Shown piece by piece: positions 41,876 through 52,413 of a stretch of DNA of 64,000 nucleotides. Below the pieces are notes generated by a model, which worked only from the letters and a program-made list of their open reading frames with translations, ran no database searches and was not told the origin of the DNA. The DNA comes from Bacillales bacterium (GTDB lineage Bacteria > Bacillota > Bacilli > JARBTR01): positions 219,190-283,189 of the forward strand of contig JARBTR010000004.1 in assembly GCA_029240105.1 (NCBI GenBank), given 5' to 3'. The position numbers were made by a program, and so were the translations under genes. Numbering within the stretch: the stretch's first letter is position 1; every line of letters begins with the position of its first letter.

Positions 41876-43798
41876 CTAAGCAAGATTTAACTCTTTCCTT
41901 TTACTCAATATGTGTGACTCAATATTATTCGCAACTTCAATAGGATCATCACCAAGTGCAACTTTTCCACCTGTTAGTTTTTCAACATCTTCAGTCATTA
42001 ACTTTACAAGATTTGGCGCACCAGTTAAAAATGGAACCGGTGAAAGATGGGTGTACGCGCCATAAGCTACTGCAAAAAGTCCATCAATTGTCGCTTTTTG
42101 CTCCATCCATTCTGGAGCTGTCACTGCAATTGGAAGTTGTGGTATATCCACATCAAGATGGTCAGCTAGTGCTGTAACCAGCATTGAAATCCTACCTGTA
42201 TCGGTGCACGTTCCAAAACTTAAAACAGGTGGTATTTTTAAAAGATTGCATACTTCTTCCAGACCCGTTCCAGCCATTGAAGAGGCTTCAGGAACACACA
42301 GACCTGCAACCTCAAGTGCGTGGTTACCACATCCACCTGCTACTACTAAAATATCTCGTTTTATTAATTCTTTCGTCAAGTTAACAGTGTTCCAATCATG
42401 CGGACCATTTTTTAAAGTAGCACAATTCGCCAAAGCTACAACACCCTTAATTTTCCCTTTTGCAATGACATCAACTAATGGGTCAAGGCTATTTCCTAAA
42501 GCATGCAAAACTGCCTCAGTAGAAAATCCCGCAATGGCTTTTTGAACTTGTTTTGGAACATGGGGCTTAATCTTTTTATGACGTTTTTTAAAGTTATCAA
42601 TCGCTAAGTCAATAAGACGTTCTGACATTTCATCTGCTTTAGCCGGATTATAAGCCATTTTTTCGCTAATTCCCGGTACACCGATAATCGTACTGATTGC
42701 TACTAATGTAACTTGATATTTTTCAGCATAACAATCAATCGCAGGTGGTGAACAATTCTCCTCCATTGCTAGAACATCAACAGCCCCAGTGGCTAACATA
42801 GGTTCGATTGCAAGCCAGTTACCCATAAGCCCAACAAACACATCGTCCATTGGATACCTTTGAAGTAATTCTTGACCTGTTTCTATTGACCCAATAACTC
42901 TTATACCCTTTGCACCTACTGCCTTTCCTTTTTCCTGATACATTGAATTTTTCAACTTCTCAATTGTTAATGCACCTATCCATGGTTGATGACCATTGAA
43001 TGCGATATTGATATAGTTAGGATCCAGGATTCCTAAATCTGTATTGACTTCATGAGGCATTGGTGTACCAAATATAATATCCTGAACCATTTCAAGTCCG
43101 ATTTGTGAATTGTAGATTGTAGCTAGTCCCAAGCGTAACGCCTTCAAGGCAAGCGAAGCATAGTCACCATCAACGTTGGTGAGACTGCTTGCTACACATG
43201 TTTGTTCTTCATGCACAGTCCCTCCAGGGTAAATGTTTAACTTTCTCCAGACTTCCTTTCTTTTCTTAGGAGCAAATGCTTCAACCATGATGTTTTTGTC
43301 ATCCGCACCAACATGTTGTTGAGATTCGAGTAAATCTGCAAGCTGTATTGCCAATGCATTAATTTCTTGGTTCGTATCTATTCCAACCTTTTCACACATC
43401 CACTTAAGTTTATTTTCATCCTTAATTTTAAAAGGTGATTTTCCCTCGCCTATCGATTTTAACGTTTTGAACGCTTCATAGGCATGGTGACTGTATGTGC
43501 CTGCACCAAGTGTGTTTTGTATCAATAGTTTTCTCATTGCGTTTGCATCCGGACCAATACCGCAAACACCCTTGTCAATTCCTTTGTCAACATTCCATCT
43601 ACAAGGACCATGCGAACATAGCTGACAACTTAATCCCTCTGAACAGAATCTACAACGCATTTTTTCTTGTTCAACAAAACGATCAAACACGTTGGTCATA
43701 CCATCTTCTCTAATTTTCACTATCATTTCTTCAACTGAATCGTGATAACTCATACGTTCTTTTAATTTAGCTAAAACTTTTCCACTCAATTTTTTCAC
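41876..43798 (-). CDS. anaerobic Ni-Fe carbon-monoxide dehydrogenase catalytic subunit homolog (CooS family / prismane superfamily)
   Basis: 640 aa; N-terminal CooS-type Cys pattern CRFCSEGLSCQLCSHGPCR...GVCGIGPDA, further conserved Cys (ENCSPP, LANCATL, GGCGNH, FGTCTD); Hcp-type N-terminus (MFCxQC) absent. Confidence 0.7.
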   Translation of the reverse strand: MKKLSGKVLAKLKERMSYHDSVEEMIVKIREDGMTNVFDRFVEQEKMRCRFCSEGLSCQLCSHGPCRWNVDKGIDKGVCGIGPDANAMRKLLIQNTLGAGTYSHHAYEAFKTLKSIGEGKSPFKIKDENKLKWMCEKVGIDTNQEINALAIQLADLLESQQHVGADDKNIMVEAFAPKKRKEVWRKLNIYPGGTVHEEQTCVASSLTNVDGDYASLALKALRLGLATIYNSQIGLEMVQDIIFGTPMPHEVNTDLGILDPNYINIAFNGHQPWIGALTIEKLKNSMYQEKGKAVGAKGIRVIGSIETGQELLQRYPMDDVFVGLMGNWLAIEPMLATGAVDVLAMEENCSPPAIDCYAEKYQVTLVAISTIIGVPGISEKMAYNPAKADEMSERLIDLAIDNFKKRHKKIKPHVPKQVQKAIAGFSTEAVLHALGNSLDPLVDVIAKGKIKGVVALANCATLKNGPHDWNTVNLTKELIKRDILVVAGGCGNHALEVAGLCVPEASSMAGTGLEEVCNLLKIPPVLSFGTCTDTGRISMLVTALADHLDVDIPQLPIAVTAPEWMEQKATIDGLFAVAYGAYTHLSPVPFLTGAPNLVKLMTEDVEKLTGGKVALGDDPIEVANNIESHILSKRKELNLA

Positions 43799-44091
43799 TC
43801 CAATCTTTTCTATAGTATTTTAAAAATTAAATGGAAATATTCTTTGCCAATTTCAGAAACATAAAGATTGGATAACGACTATTTTTGCAAAATGAACTTT
43901 TTAATTTCAAATTTAATACGGTTTTGTACTATTCATTTATTCTCAGTCTATTAATTGTTTTCCCATGATTTAAGATGCATTAATTTTAAATAATGTTACC
44001 TTTTAACTTATTTTCCCTACCCAATAACATGTAACATAACCCCTTTTAAATCCATATCATGAACAGACGATTATTAATCGGAGGTTAATTT

Positions 44092-45141
44092 ATGAAGAAA
44101 AAATATAAATTATTAAAGATCATACTATCCACCCTAATGGTTCTATCTTTGTTCACAGGTTGTACTAAGAAAGACGAAGATAAAAAAGAAGTCAAAGTTG
44201 AAAATAAGGAAAAAGTTACAATACGGCTGAACGAAGTTGTTCGCTCCATATTCTATGCTCCCATGTATGTAGCTATAAATAAGGGCTTATTTGCTGAAGA
44301 AGGGCTTGAAATCGAACTATCAACGGGACAGGGTGCCGATAAAACTATGCAACAAGTTTTATCAGGAAATGCAGATATTGGTTTCAGTGGGCCTGAACAA
44401 GTCATCTATATTTATAATCAAGGAAGAGAAGACTACCCTGTTTTATTTGCTCAACTAACAAAAACGGATGGATCATTCTTAGTTGGAAGAACTGATGAAC
44501 CTGATTTCAAATGGGAAAGTCTAAAAGGAAAAACCATAATCGGAGGACGTCCAGGTGGAGTTCCTGAAATGACTCTTGAGTACGTATTACGAAATCACGG
44601 ACTAAAGCCGGGAGAAGATGTTTCAATAATAACAAACTTAGCATTTACAGCAACTGCCGGTGCTTTTGGTGCTGGAACTGGAGATTATGTTGCCAGCTTT
44701 GAACCAACTGCAAGCATTCTTGAAAAAGAAAAAGTTGGAAAAATAGTTGCTTCACTTGGGAAAGCTTCAGGAGAAATGCCATATACTTGCTTCTTTTCAA
44801 CCAAATCTTATATGGATAAAAATCCCGAAATCATTCAAAAGTTTACAAACGCTATATATAAAGGTCAACAATGGGTAGAGTCCCATTCTGCTAAAGAAGT
44901 AGCTGAAGCAGTGGTAAGTTTCTTCCCAGGTTCAGATATCGATCTTTTAACATCTGTTGTTGAAAGATATAGAGATCAGGGATCCTTTGCAAAAGATTTA
45001 ACTTTACAGGAATCTGGATTAGAAAGACTTATGGACATCATTCAATCATATAAAGCAGACTTAATTCCAACTAGACCACCTTATGAAAAAATAGTTACAA
45101 ATAAGTTTGCAGAAGAAGCAGTACAACAAGTTAAAAAATAG
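44092..45141 (+). CDS. ABC transporter substrate-binding lipoprotein, NMT1/SsuA/TauA family
   Basis: Lipobox LFTGC; SsuA/THI5-like periplasmic binding fold pattern. Confidence 0.75.
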   Translation: MKKKYKLLKIILSTLMVLSLFTGCTKKDEDKKEVKVENKEKVTIRLNEVVRSIFYAPMYVAINKGLFAEEGLEIELSTGQGADKTMQQVLSGNADIGFSGPEQVIYIYNQGREDYPVLFAQLTKTDGSFLVGRTDEPDFKWESLKGKTIIGGRPGGVPEMTLEYVLRNHGLKPGEDVSIITNLAFTATAGAFGAGTGDYVASFEPTASILEKEKVGKIVASLGKASGEMPYTCFFSTKSYMDKNPEIIQKFTNAIYKGQQWVESHSAKEVAEAVVSFFPGSDIDLLTSVVERYRDQGSFAKDLTLQESGLERLMDIIQSYKADLIPTRPPYEKIVTNKFAEEAVQQVKK

Positions 45142-45153
45142 GGCGATATCAAG

Positions 45154-45219
45154 CTGTGTCATTCTGATTATAAGTGTGGATTTAAAGATTAGTCTTTACT
45201 GACATTCAGGATGACACAG
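45154..45219 (+). promoter_or_regulatory. intra-operon stem-loop between SBP and ATPase genes
   Basis: ctgtgtcattctga ... tcaggatgacacag (13/14 complementary arms, 38-nt loop). Confidence 0.4.
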
Positions 45220-45317
45220 ATTCTACTTTGAGTAACTTTAAAAATATTTTTTCTGTCATATCAAAGGTAAAACGACATCGAATTTATTTACATAGAATTT
45301 TGTTTGGGGGTTAAATC

Positions 45318-46097
45318 ATGTCTAAGCTTAAGATAGAAAATTTAGCTGTTAAATACCACACCTTAGACGGAGAAACAAATGCAGTTAAGGATCTAACCTT
45401 TGATGTTAGTGATGGAGAATTCATAAGTATAGTTGGTCCCTCTGGATGTGGAAAATCAACTGTTTTATCGGTTATTTCTGGCCTTTTAAATCCCTCTGAA
45501 GGCAAAGTTCTGCTGGATGGCGATGAAATAGATTATCCTAGCGGAAAAACATGTAACAAAATTGGCTATATGCTACAAAGAGATCATTTATTTGAGTGGA
45601 GAAACATCATTGAAAATATTACTTTGGGACTTGAAATCCAGCGGAAGTTAAATAAAGAAGCCCGTGAAAGAATCGATGAAATGCTTAGCAAATATGATCT
45701 TTACTCATTTAAAAACTACTTTCCTAATCAACTTTCAGGTGGTATGAGACAGAAGGTTGCTTTAATTAGAACCCTTGCCATTAACCCCGACATATTACTT
45801 CTTGACGAACCTTTTTCAGCAATCGATTTCCAAACAAGGCTTGCTGTCTCTGATGAGATATATAAGATCATTAAGCAGGAAGGTAAAACAACAATTATGG
45901 TTACTCACGATATATCAGAAGCTATTAGTTTATCTGATAGGGTTTTGGTTTTAACTAAAAGACCTGCTACTGTAAAAAAAATATTTGATATAAAGCTTTC
46001 TGTAGAAAATAGAACGCCACTTAAATCGAGAGAAGCTCCAGAATTTAGACACTTTTTTAATGCTATCTGGAAGGAGCTTGATATTCATGTTGAGTAA
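45318..46097 (+). CDS. ABC transporter ATP-binding protein (SsuB/NrtD/TauB family)
   Basis: Walker A GPSGCGKST, signature LSGGMRQ, Walker B LLLDEP. Confidence 0.85.
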   Translation: MSKLKIENLAVKYHTLDGETNAVKDLTFDVSDGEFISIVGPSGCGKSTVLSVISGLLNPSEGKVLLDGDEIDYPSGKTCNKIGYMLQRDHLFEWRNIIENITLGLEIQRKLNKEARERIDEMLSKYDLYSFKNYFPNQLSGGMRQKVALIRTLAINPDILLLDEPFSAIDFQTRLAVSDEIYKIIKQEGKTTIMVTHDISEAISLSDRVLVLTKRPATVKKIFDIKLSVENRTPLKSREAPEFRHFFNAIWKELDIHVE

Positions 46098-46929
46098 TAA
46101 AGTTTCAGAAAAAATTGAAATACCCTTAATTAAACCTTACTCCAAGGAGCATGAGGTTTATCTAAAAAAGGTGAAACACAGAAAAAGAGCAATAATTGCT
46201 ATACAGTTGTTGATGCTTGTTGTCTTCTTTGTTCTTTGGGAGGTATTAGCCCAGCTTAAAATTTTAGACCCATTTTTAGTTAGCCAGCCTACAAGAATGC
46301 TTGATTTTCTTATAAAGCTTTATAGAGAGGGAAATCTCTTTACCCATATTTGGGTAACCTGCTACGAAACTATAGTAGGTTTTGTGCTTGGTACAGTTGC
46401 TGGAACACTGATTGCTATGCTTTTATGGTGGTCAGATTTCATTTGTAAAATTCTTGATCCCTATTTGGTTGTATTAAATGCTTTACCTAAGATTGCACTA
46501 GGTCCCATCATCATTTTTTGGATTGGAAATGGTCAGCCTGCGATAATTGCAATGGCATTAATGATATCATTAATTGTAACAATTATTTCTGTATTATCCG
46601 GCTTTAAAGAGGTGGATGAAGATAAGATAAAGCTCCTTCGAACCTTCGGAGCAGGCAAATATCAAATCTTGCGGTACGTCATACTTCCAGCTAGTATTCC
46701 AACTATGATTTCTGCATTAAAGATAAATGTTGGGCTTTCATGGGTTGGGGTTATAGTTGGAGAATTTCTAGTTGCTCAGGAAGGACTCGGATTTTTAATC
46801 GTCTATGGAGGTCAAATAGCACAACTTGATATGGTAATGGTAAGCATTATCATACTGTCAATTGCAGCTTTTCTTATGTATGAGTTTGTTGCCATTTTAG
46901 AAAGAAAATATTTAAAATCTAGAAGTTAA
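46087..46929 (+). CDS. ABC transporter permease (SsuC/binding-protein-dependent transport family)
   Basis: 6 TM permease with EAA-like loop; ATG at 46087 overlaps ATPase stop by 11 nt. Confidence 0.8.
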   Translation: MLSNKVSEKIEIPLIKPYSKEHEVYLKKVKHRKRAIIAIQLLMLVVFFVLWEVLAQLKILDPFLVSQPTRMLDFLIKLYREGNLFTHIWVTCYETIVGFVLGTVAGTLIAMLLWWSDFICKILDPYLVVLNALPKIALGPIIIFWIGNGQPAIIAMALMISLIVTIISVLSGFKEVDEDKIKLLRTFGAGKYQILRYVILPASIPTMISALKINVGLSWVGVIVGEFLVAQEGLGFLIVYGGQIAQLDMVMVSIIILSIAAFLMYEFVAILERKYLKSRS

Positions 46930-46936
46930 TTAAATT

Positions 46937-46965
46937 CCCGCTTCCTACAAGGAGCGGGTATTTTC
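46937..46965 (+). terminator. terminator of ABC transporter operon
   Basis: cccgcttcctacaaggagcgggtatttt. Confidence 0.7.
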
Positions 46966-47101
46966 ATACCCTCTAATAGATGATGCCAAACAAAATGTAA
47001 AAAAATTTTACTTATAGTACAGTTATCCGTATTATTAGTTAGGTTAAATTAAAAAAGATATCCTTTCTTTAATGTATAACTAATAATAAATTGGAGGCAC
47101 C

Positions 47102-47587
47102 ATGCTTACATTTACAGAAAAACTAGCGATTATCGAATCCTTTCCCGAACTAATTAGAAAAGATGTTTCATTAGGGCGGATTAACTTTCAATACGAAGAG
47201 AGTTTTAGTGACAAAAAGAACGTCGTTTATCACCTTCACCCAAATGGGAACGGATTTGTCTACGCTGGGCAATTACGCGGCTACGACATAGATGAAAAAG
47301 GGATGGTTAACATTCGTGAGTTCTCAGCGCAAGACTTACGCTCAATCATTAAAAAATCAATTTATTCACTAAGACCAGTCACAAATGTTGAAATAGCAAT
47401 TACCGGCGAAGAAACCGAAGGAGAAACATGGATTAATGACAACAATTTTACACTCATTTTAATTTTAGAAGATGATATGTGGAATGTATATGCAGACTTA
47501 AACTTAGACGGCACGTTTAATTCTTATGCAGAAGCCGCTTCTTATTTAGAGGAGGAAGGGTTTTCACGGATGTATTATAGAAAGTAA
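47102..47587 (+). CDS. hypothetical cytoplasmic protein
   Basis: 161 aa, SD ttggaggcacc; no recognised motif; terminator 47610..47645. Confidence 0.45.
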   Translation: MLTFTEKLAIIESFPELIRKDVSLGRINFQYEESFSDKKNVVYHLHPNGNGFVYAGQLRGYDIDEKGMVNIREFSAQDLRSIIKKSIYSLRPVTNVEIAITGEETEGETWINDNNFTLILILEDDMWNVYADLNLDGTFNSYAEAASYLEEEGFSRMYYRK

Positions 47588-47692
47588 TTGGATTATGGAT
47601 AAGAAAAATGGCGAGTGTACAACTTTTTGTACCTCGCCTTTTCTGATGAACCAATGATTGTGGATTTAAAAAGAATCCAATATGCCTTAAGT

Positions 47693-47956
47693 TAATGGGA
47701 GTCGAACCCATAGGGTTTAATCGTTATGATTTCACCGCTATTGTTGTTCTCCTCAGTTGCCATATTGACGATATGGCTCCTTCGTCGTCCTAAATAACGT
47801 CGAAATCATTTAGATTAAACTCAAAGACCTTTTCTTGTTTCTATTTAAGCAAGTCTAGGCAGAAGTGACGAAACGTATCGAACATACGCTAGGAACTTCT
47901 AACGAAGAATTGCAAAAAAAGAAACAAGAAAAGGCCTATGGGTTCGATTCCCATTA
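47693..47956. mobile_element. MITE-like element: 22-bp terminal inverted repeats resembling tRNA T-arms, ~220-bp non-coding core
   Basis: Left TAATGGGAGTCGAACCCATAGG (47693..47714); right CCTATGGGTTCGATTCCCATTA (47935..47956) = reverse complement with 1 mismatch; arms contain GGTTCGAnTCC T-loop-like motif but no tRNA can be folded. Confidence 0.4.
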
Positions 47957-47982
47957 CCTTATTCTTTTACTACCCATATGTA

Positions 47983-49431
47983 CTATTTCTTATGTGCTTC
48001 ATGCACCTTCAACAACTTACCTTTTATTGTCGTGGTTTTCATCTTTTTCAAGACAACTGGTCCCTTGTCGTTTAATATTTCAACATATGTAACAGTATCT
48101 AATATGGTAATGATGCCTATATCCTCAGCTGAAACGCCATCTATTTTAGCAATCGTACCCACAAAATCGACTGCCCTAAGCTTCTTTTTCTTACCACCAT
48201 TAAAATATAATTTCATGATTTGCTTATTTAGTTTTTCGCTTTTTTCTTTTTTAATAGTGGGTTCAATTTTCATTTTAGCTTCAAAGGAAGATTTCTTTTT
48301 TGAGACTTCCTCTTTCGTTGGTGCGTCCAATTTAGGAATATTAAAACCGATAAATTCTTCAATCTCTTTTAGAAACTTACCTTCAAACGGTGTGACAAAC
48401 GTGATTGCTTGCCCCTCTTGTCCTGCACGACCAGTTCTCCCCGTACGATGAACATAACTTTCCTTTTCCATTGGCAGGTCATAATTGATGACATGAGTTA
48501 TATTATCAATATCAATACCTCTAGCAGCTACATCCGTTGCAATTAAATACCGGAAATCCCCTCTTCTAAAATCATCCATCACAGCAAGACGCTCTTCTTG
48601 TAACATCCCACCATGAATTTTGTCACAGCTATATCCGAAATCCGTTAACTGATCACACACCATATCGACTCGATCCTTTGTTCTACAAAAGATAATGCAA
48701 CTATCTGGATTTTCCACAATTGTTACATCTTGTAGCATAGACATTTTATTTCCATCGGTTACTTCAAGAAGTGAATGTTTAATTTTATTAGTGCTTTGTT
48801 CCGTTTCCATCATTTCAATATGAATAGGTGATTTCATGTATTTATTGGCTAGTTTTTTGATTTCTTCTGGCATAGTAGCCGAAAATAACATTGTCACTCT
48901 AATTTGTGGTGTTTTTTTTATAATGGCTTCTACTTCATCGATAAATCCCATGTTTAACATTTTGTCAGCTTCATCTATAACAAGAAAACTAATTTTATCT
49001 AAAGTTAAAGTGCCCCTTTCAATATGATCTAAAACTCGACCTGGCGTGCCTACAACTACATGTGTTTTTTGCTTCAATTCTGTTGTTTGGTATGCAAAAG
49101 GTTGTTTACCATAAACCGCTGTTGCTTTAATCCGTTTAAATCTGCCTAAGTTTATAAAATCTTCTTTCACTTGAACAGCAAGTTCTCTCGTAGGGGTCAA
49201 AATAAGAGCTTGTGGTTTATTTTCCTTCCATTCAGCTAATTCACAAATTGGAATTCCATAACTAGCTGTCTTACCACTTCCTGTCTGTGATTTAACAACA
49301 AGATCTTTTTTTTCCAACACAAGAGGTATAACTTTACTTTGAACATCCGTTGGACTTTCATATCCTAGGCTAGTCAGAGCGCTCACTATTTCACCGCTTA
49401 ATTTGTAATTCTTAAAACTTTTTTTATCCAT
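47983..49431 (-). CDS. dbpA: DEAD-box ATP-dependent RNA helicase with C-terminal DbpA RNA-binding domain (DbpA/YxiN-like)
   Basis: Q-motif, [12 protein letters not shown] (VIDEADKM), [13 protein letters not shown] motifs; C-terminal DbpA-type RBD; 482 aa. Confidence 0.8.
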   Translation of the reverse strand: MDKKSFKNYKLSGEIVSALTSLGYESPTDVQSKVIPLVLEKKDLVVKSQTGSGKTASYGIPICELAEWKENKPQALILTPTRELAVQVKEDFINLGRFKRIKATAVYGKQPFAYQTTELKQKTHVVVGTPGRVLDHIERGTLTLDKISFLVIDEADKMLNMGFIDEVEAIIKKTPQIRVTMLFSATMPEEIKKLANKYMKSPIHIEMMETEQSTNKIKHSLLEVTDGNKMSMLQDVTIVENPDSCIIFCRTKDRVDMVCDQLTDFGYSCDKIHGGMLQEERLAVMDDFRRGDFRYLIATDVAARGIDIDNITHVINYDLPMEKESYVHRTGRTGRAGQEGQAITFVTPFEGKFLKEIEEFIGFNIPKLDAPTKEEVSKKKSSFEAKMKIEPTIKKEKSEKLNKQIMKLYFNGGKKKKLRAVDFVGTIAKIDGVSAEDIGIITILDTVTYVEILNDKGPVVLKKMKTTTIKGKLLKVHEAHKK

Positions 49432-49959
49432 CTTAAAACCTCTTTTTTACTCGAGAATATTTTTATAAATTTTTCTATATAGATTATTGCCCATTTTATT
49501 GGGTTGCTTACTTGTGATATGGTTCAGCGAATGATACCAAAAAACAGAGCAGAACGTAAACATATAGTTTAAGTTTCAATTCTAATTAAAATGACCACTT
49601 CAATCAAGTAGTGGTCTCTTATATTTGTATCTCTCTTTCCCTTAAATACAATTTATGATTTTTCCAAGTCACATCATGGCTGATCGCTGACAAGAAAGTT
49701 GCTCCATAAAATACCATTTACTTTGGCTCATTTTTTTTTCATTATCAGATTGTCGTTTAAAGTTTATTTTGGCATAATTATCATATTAAAATTTTGAAAA
49801 GTAATTGTTGTAATTTCTAACCCTTTCAAAAAGCCACTTTTGCAAGGAAAAAAGTACTTTCGCATTCTAGCTCCTTTTTGTTTAATTAGATTCTGTTTTG
49901 ACAATAGGGTAACTTTATATCGCTGGTAAAGATTCAACATTACAACTAAAGAGGTTAAA

Positions 49960-50865
49960 ATGAATCTAAAAAAAGTTGTTGCTTCGACCTGCGGAGTCGC
50001 TCTTGCTCTTGCTACACTAGGAAATTTACTTGGTACCTATTCGTTCACATATAAATACATATGCGGAAGCCTTTCAGTCCTGCTTCTTACACTGTTTGTC
50101 ATAAGAATAATAAAATATCCTATCGACTTTAAAGAAGAGTTACTAAATCCTGTTTCTCATTCAGTGCTTCCAACTGTATCAATGGCACTCATGGTACTCT
50201 CAACTTATATTAAACCTTTTACAACACCAATTGCACTGGCAATCTGGTTACTTGCTATCGGAATCCATCTACTAATTGTAGTGTCTTTTATTATAAAATT
50301 TATATTTAATTTTAGTATTAGGTCAGTCTTTGCAAGTTGGTTTGTTGTCGGTGTTGGCATTGTTGTGGTAAGCGTTACAGCACCTGTTTACGGAATGGAT
50401 ATAGTTGGAAAAACAGCTTTTTATATTGGTATATCGATATATTTTATTTTAGTACCAACTATTTTGTATAGAATCTTTAAAATACGAGAGCTTCCCAAAC
50501 CCTCAATACCTTTAAATGCTATCTTTGCAGCGCCTATGAGTCTTTGTATTGTTGGATATTTTTTGAGTTTTAAAGATTTGTACTTTCCTTTAATAATTGT
50601 AATGCTGGCTTTAAGTATTATTAGTTACATTTATGCGTTTGGCTTGATCGTTTTCAAAATTAGGGGACAATTTGTTCCATCTTTTGCTGCATTCACCTTT
50701 CCTACAGTAATATCAGCTGTAGCGTATAACAAAGTAAATACTTATTTTACTTCTCTTGATATTCATTTTTTTAGTTTCATGCCTATGGTTTCACTAATAA
50801 TTGCAATATTGGTTGTAAGTATAGTTCTACTGAGGTTTTGTGTGTATTGGTTTTCGCAGGATTAA
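49960..50865 (+). CDS. TDT-family (TehA/Mae1-like) transporter
   Basis: 301 aa, ~10 TM helices; assignment from topology/length only. Confidence 0.45.
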   Translation: MNLKKVVASTCGVALALATLGNLLGTYSFTYKYICGSLSVLLLTLFVIRIIKYPIDFKEELLNPVSHSVLPTVSMALMVLSTYIKPFTTPIALAIWLLAIGIHLLIVVSFIIKFIFNFSIRSVFASWFVVGVGIVVVSVTAPVYGMDIVGKTAFYIGISIYFILVPTILYRIFKIRELPKPSIPLNAIFAAPMSLCIVGYFLSFKDLYFPLIIVMLALSIISYIYAFGLIVFKIRGQFVPSFAAFTFPTVISAVAYNKVNTYFTSLDIHFFSFMPMVSLIIAILVVSIVLLRFCVYWFSQD

Positions 50866-51025
50866 AACCTGCTAAGTTTTGTTTAGTGATTTCAATGATT
50901 ATTTCTTATAATAGTGCTCTTAATGACCTAACAAATCGGTTTCAATTGCTTATGATGCGGACCATCAGTTTACCCCATTATTTGGGGTACAGCCCTCTGA
51001 ATTGATAGACTTCAAGTACAATAGG

Positions 51026-51060
51026 AAAAAGGTCGGAATTTTAGAATTCTGACCTTTTGT
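51026..51060. terminator. bidirectional terminator between TDT transporter and EAL-HDOD genes
   Basis: aaaaaggtcggaattttagaattctgaccttttg (11-bp perfect stem). Confidence 0.7.
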
Positions 51061-51174
51061 AGTTGATATTCTTTTGAAAATTAACCAAAATAACGATTCA
51101 ACAAGCATTCAAACCCTTACCATGTTTAGCTTCGTTATGGAAACACTACTACTTAATGTACTGTTTGATGGATT

Positions 51175-52413
51175 TCATGCTTTAATTATCTCATTCACCC
51201 ATTGGATAGCATCATAATAACTAACCACTGCAGTTTCTTCTTTTATATTTAATTTCTTACTAGATAAGCTAACATCACCCCAAAAACCCCTTTCAATCGA
51301 GATAGTTAAATCTAATATCTCTTTCATATGGTTAGAAACTCCCTTAAGGGCATCACAAATCATTTCTTGAAGAGGAACTAGTTTTAAGATAGCTTCCATA
51401 TTCATACCTAATAAAGTATCCATAAGAGAAAATAGACCTGTTAGAAAATATGCTGATGATTCATTTCCTTTATTCAATTGTAAAGAAATGGATTCACACA
51501 CCTTTGCCCTAATAAGACTATTTTTATATACTTCTATTGTCCACTCGTTTTTGTCTACTATTCCCCCCCTAATGGAAAGGATATAAAGCCATTTTTGAAG
51601 TTCATTTAATCCAAGTCGTACAATTGCCTGTCTTATTGAATTTATTTTACTAGCTGATCGGTAAGCAGGGGAATTAATCAGTTTAAGGAGTTTGTAAGAT
51701 ATAGATAAATCTTGTTCTATTAATTGAGTTATTGCATCTAGGTTAGGTTCATTTTTTGATATAAAATTTATGATTACTAGGCAATTCTGAAAATGATCGG
51801 GTACATCACGAGAAGAAAGAATGTCAGGTGTTGAAAAATAATAACCTTGAAAATATTCATAGCCATTATTTAGAGCTATTTCATACTCTTCCTTCGTTTC
51901 AATTTTTTCAGCTAACAGCTTAAAATTATATTTTTGAGAGATTTCTTCAATACTATGTCTTGTTTTCGCAGTGGTAGCCCTAAAGTCAACCTTAATAATA
52001 TCGGCAATTTCTAATAATGGAAAGATACATGGGTTTTCTTTATTTAAGACAAAATCATCAAGTGCAATTTTATATCCATTATTTTTAAGCTCTTTGCATA
52101 TTTCTAACAATTCCTGATTTATTTCGACTGTTTCTAAGATTTCTACAACAATTTCGTTCTGTTTAAAATAAAATGGTATTCTCAATTTCAAAAGTTTTTC
52201 CGTAAAATTAATGAAGCATGGTTTAAAATTGGAGAGATCGTTGATTCCGATATTTATAAAACTATTTATGATAACATCAGTCGTTGCCAATTCTCCATTC
52301 ATTTCAGAAAATCTATTTATTTGATTTTCCCGATATAGTAGTTCATACGCATAAATTTCTTTTGATTTTGTAAATATGGGTTGTCTTGCAACATATACCT
52401 CTATTTTAATCAC
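51175..52413 (-). CDS. EAL-domain plus HDOD-domain protein (c-di-GMP signalling)
   Basis: N-terminal EAL domain (QPIF..YELLYR; EILE motif) and C-terminal HDOD-like domain. Confidence 0.7.
   Translation of the reverse strand: MIKIEVYVARQPIFTKSKEIYAYELLYRENQINRFSEMNGELATTDVIINSFINIGINDLSNFKPCFINFTEKLLKLRIPFYFKQNEIVVEILETVEINQELLEICKELKNNGYKIALDDFVLNKENPCIFPLLEIADIIKVDFRATTAKTRHSIEEISQKYNFKLLAEKIETKEEYEIALNNGYEYFQGYYFSTPDILSSRDVPDHFQNCLVIINFISKNEPNLDAITQLIEQDLSISYKLLKLINSPAYRSASKINSIRQAIVRLGLNELQKWLYILSIRGGIVDKNEWTIEVYKNSLIRAKVCESISLQLNKGNESSAYFLTGLFSLMDTLLGMNMEAILKLVPLQEMICDALKGVSNHMKEILDLTISIERGFWGDVSLSSKKLNIKEETAVVSYYDAIQWVNEIIKA

Noticed and set aside
43950-44091. THI-box (TPP) riboswitch upstream of the NMT1/THI5-like ABC binding protein
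   Set aside because: No CTGAGA / ACCTGATCTGGATAATGCCAGCG-type conserved elements are present in the 290-bp upstream region.
47693-47956. Two tRNA-like 3' halves (GGTTCGAnTCC T-loops) suggesting tRNA genes or an integrase att site
   Set aside because: Neither copy can be extended into acceptor, D or anticodon arms, there is no CCA or discriminator context, and the copies are inverted rather than direct. They are interpreted as terminal inverted repeats of a MITE-like element instead.
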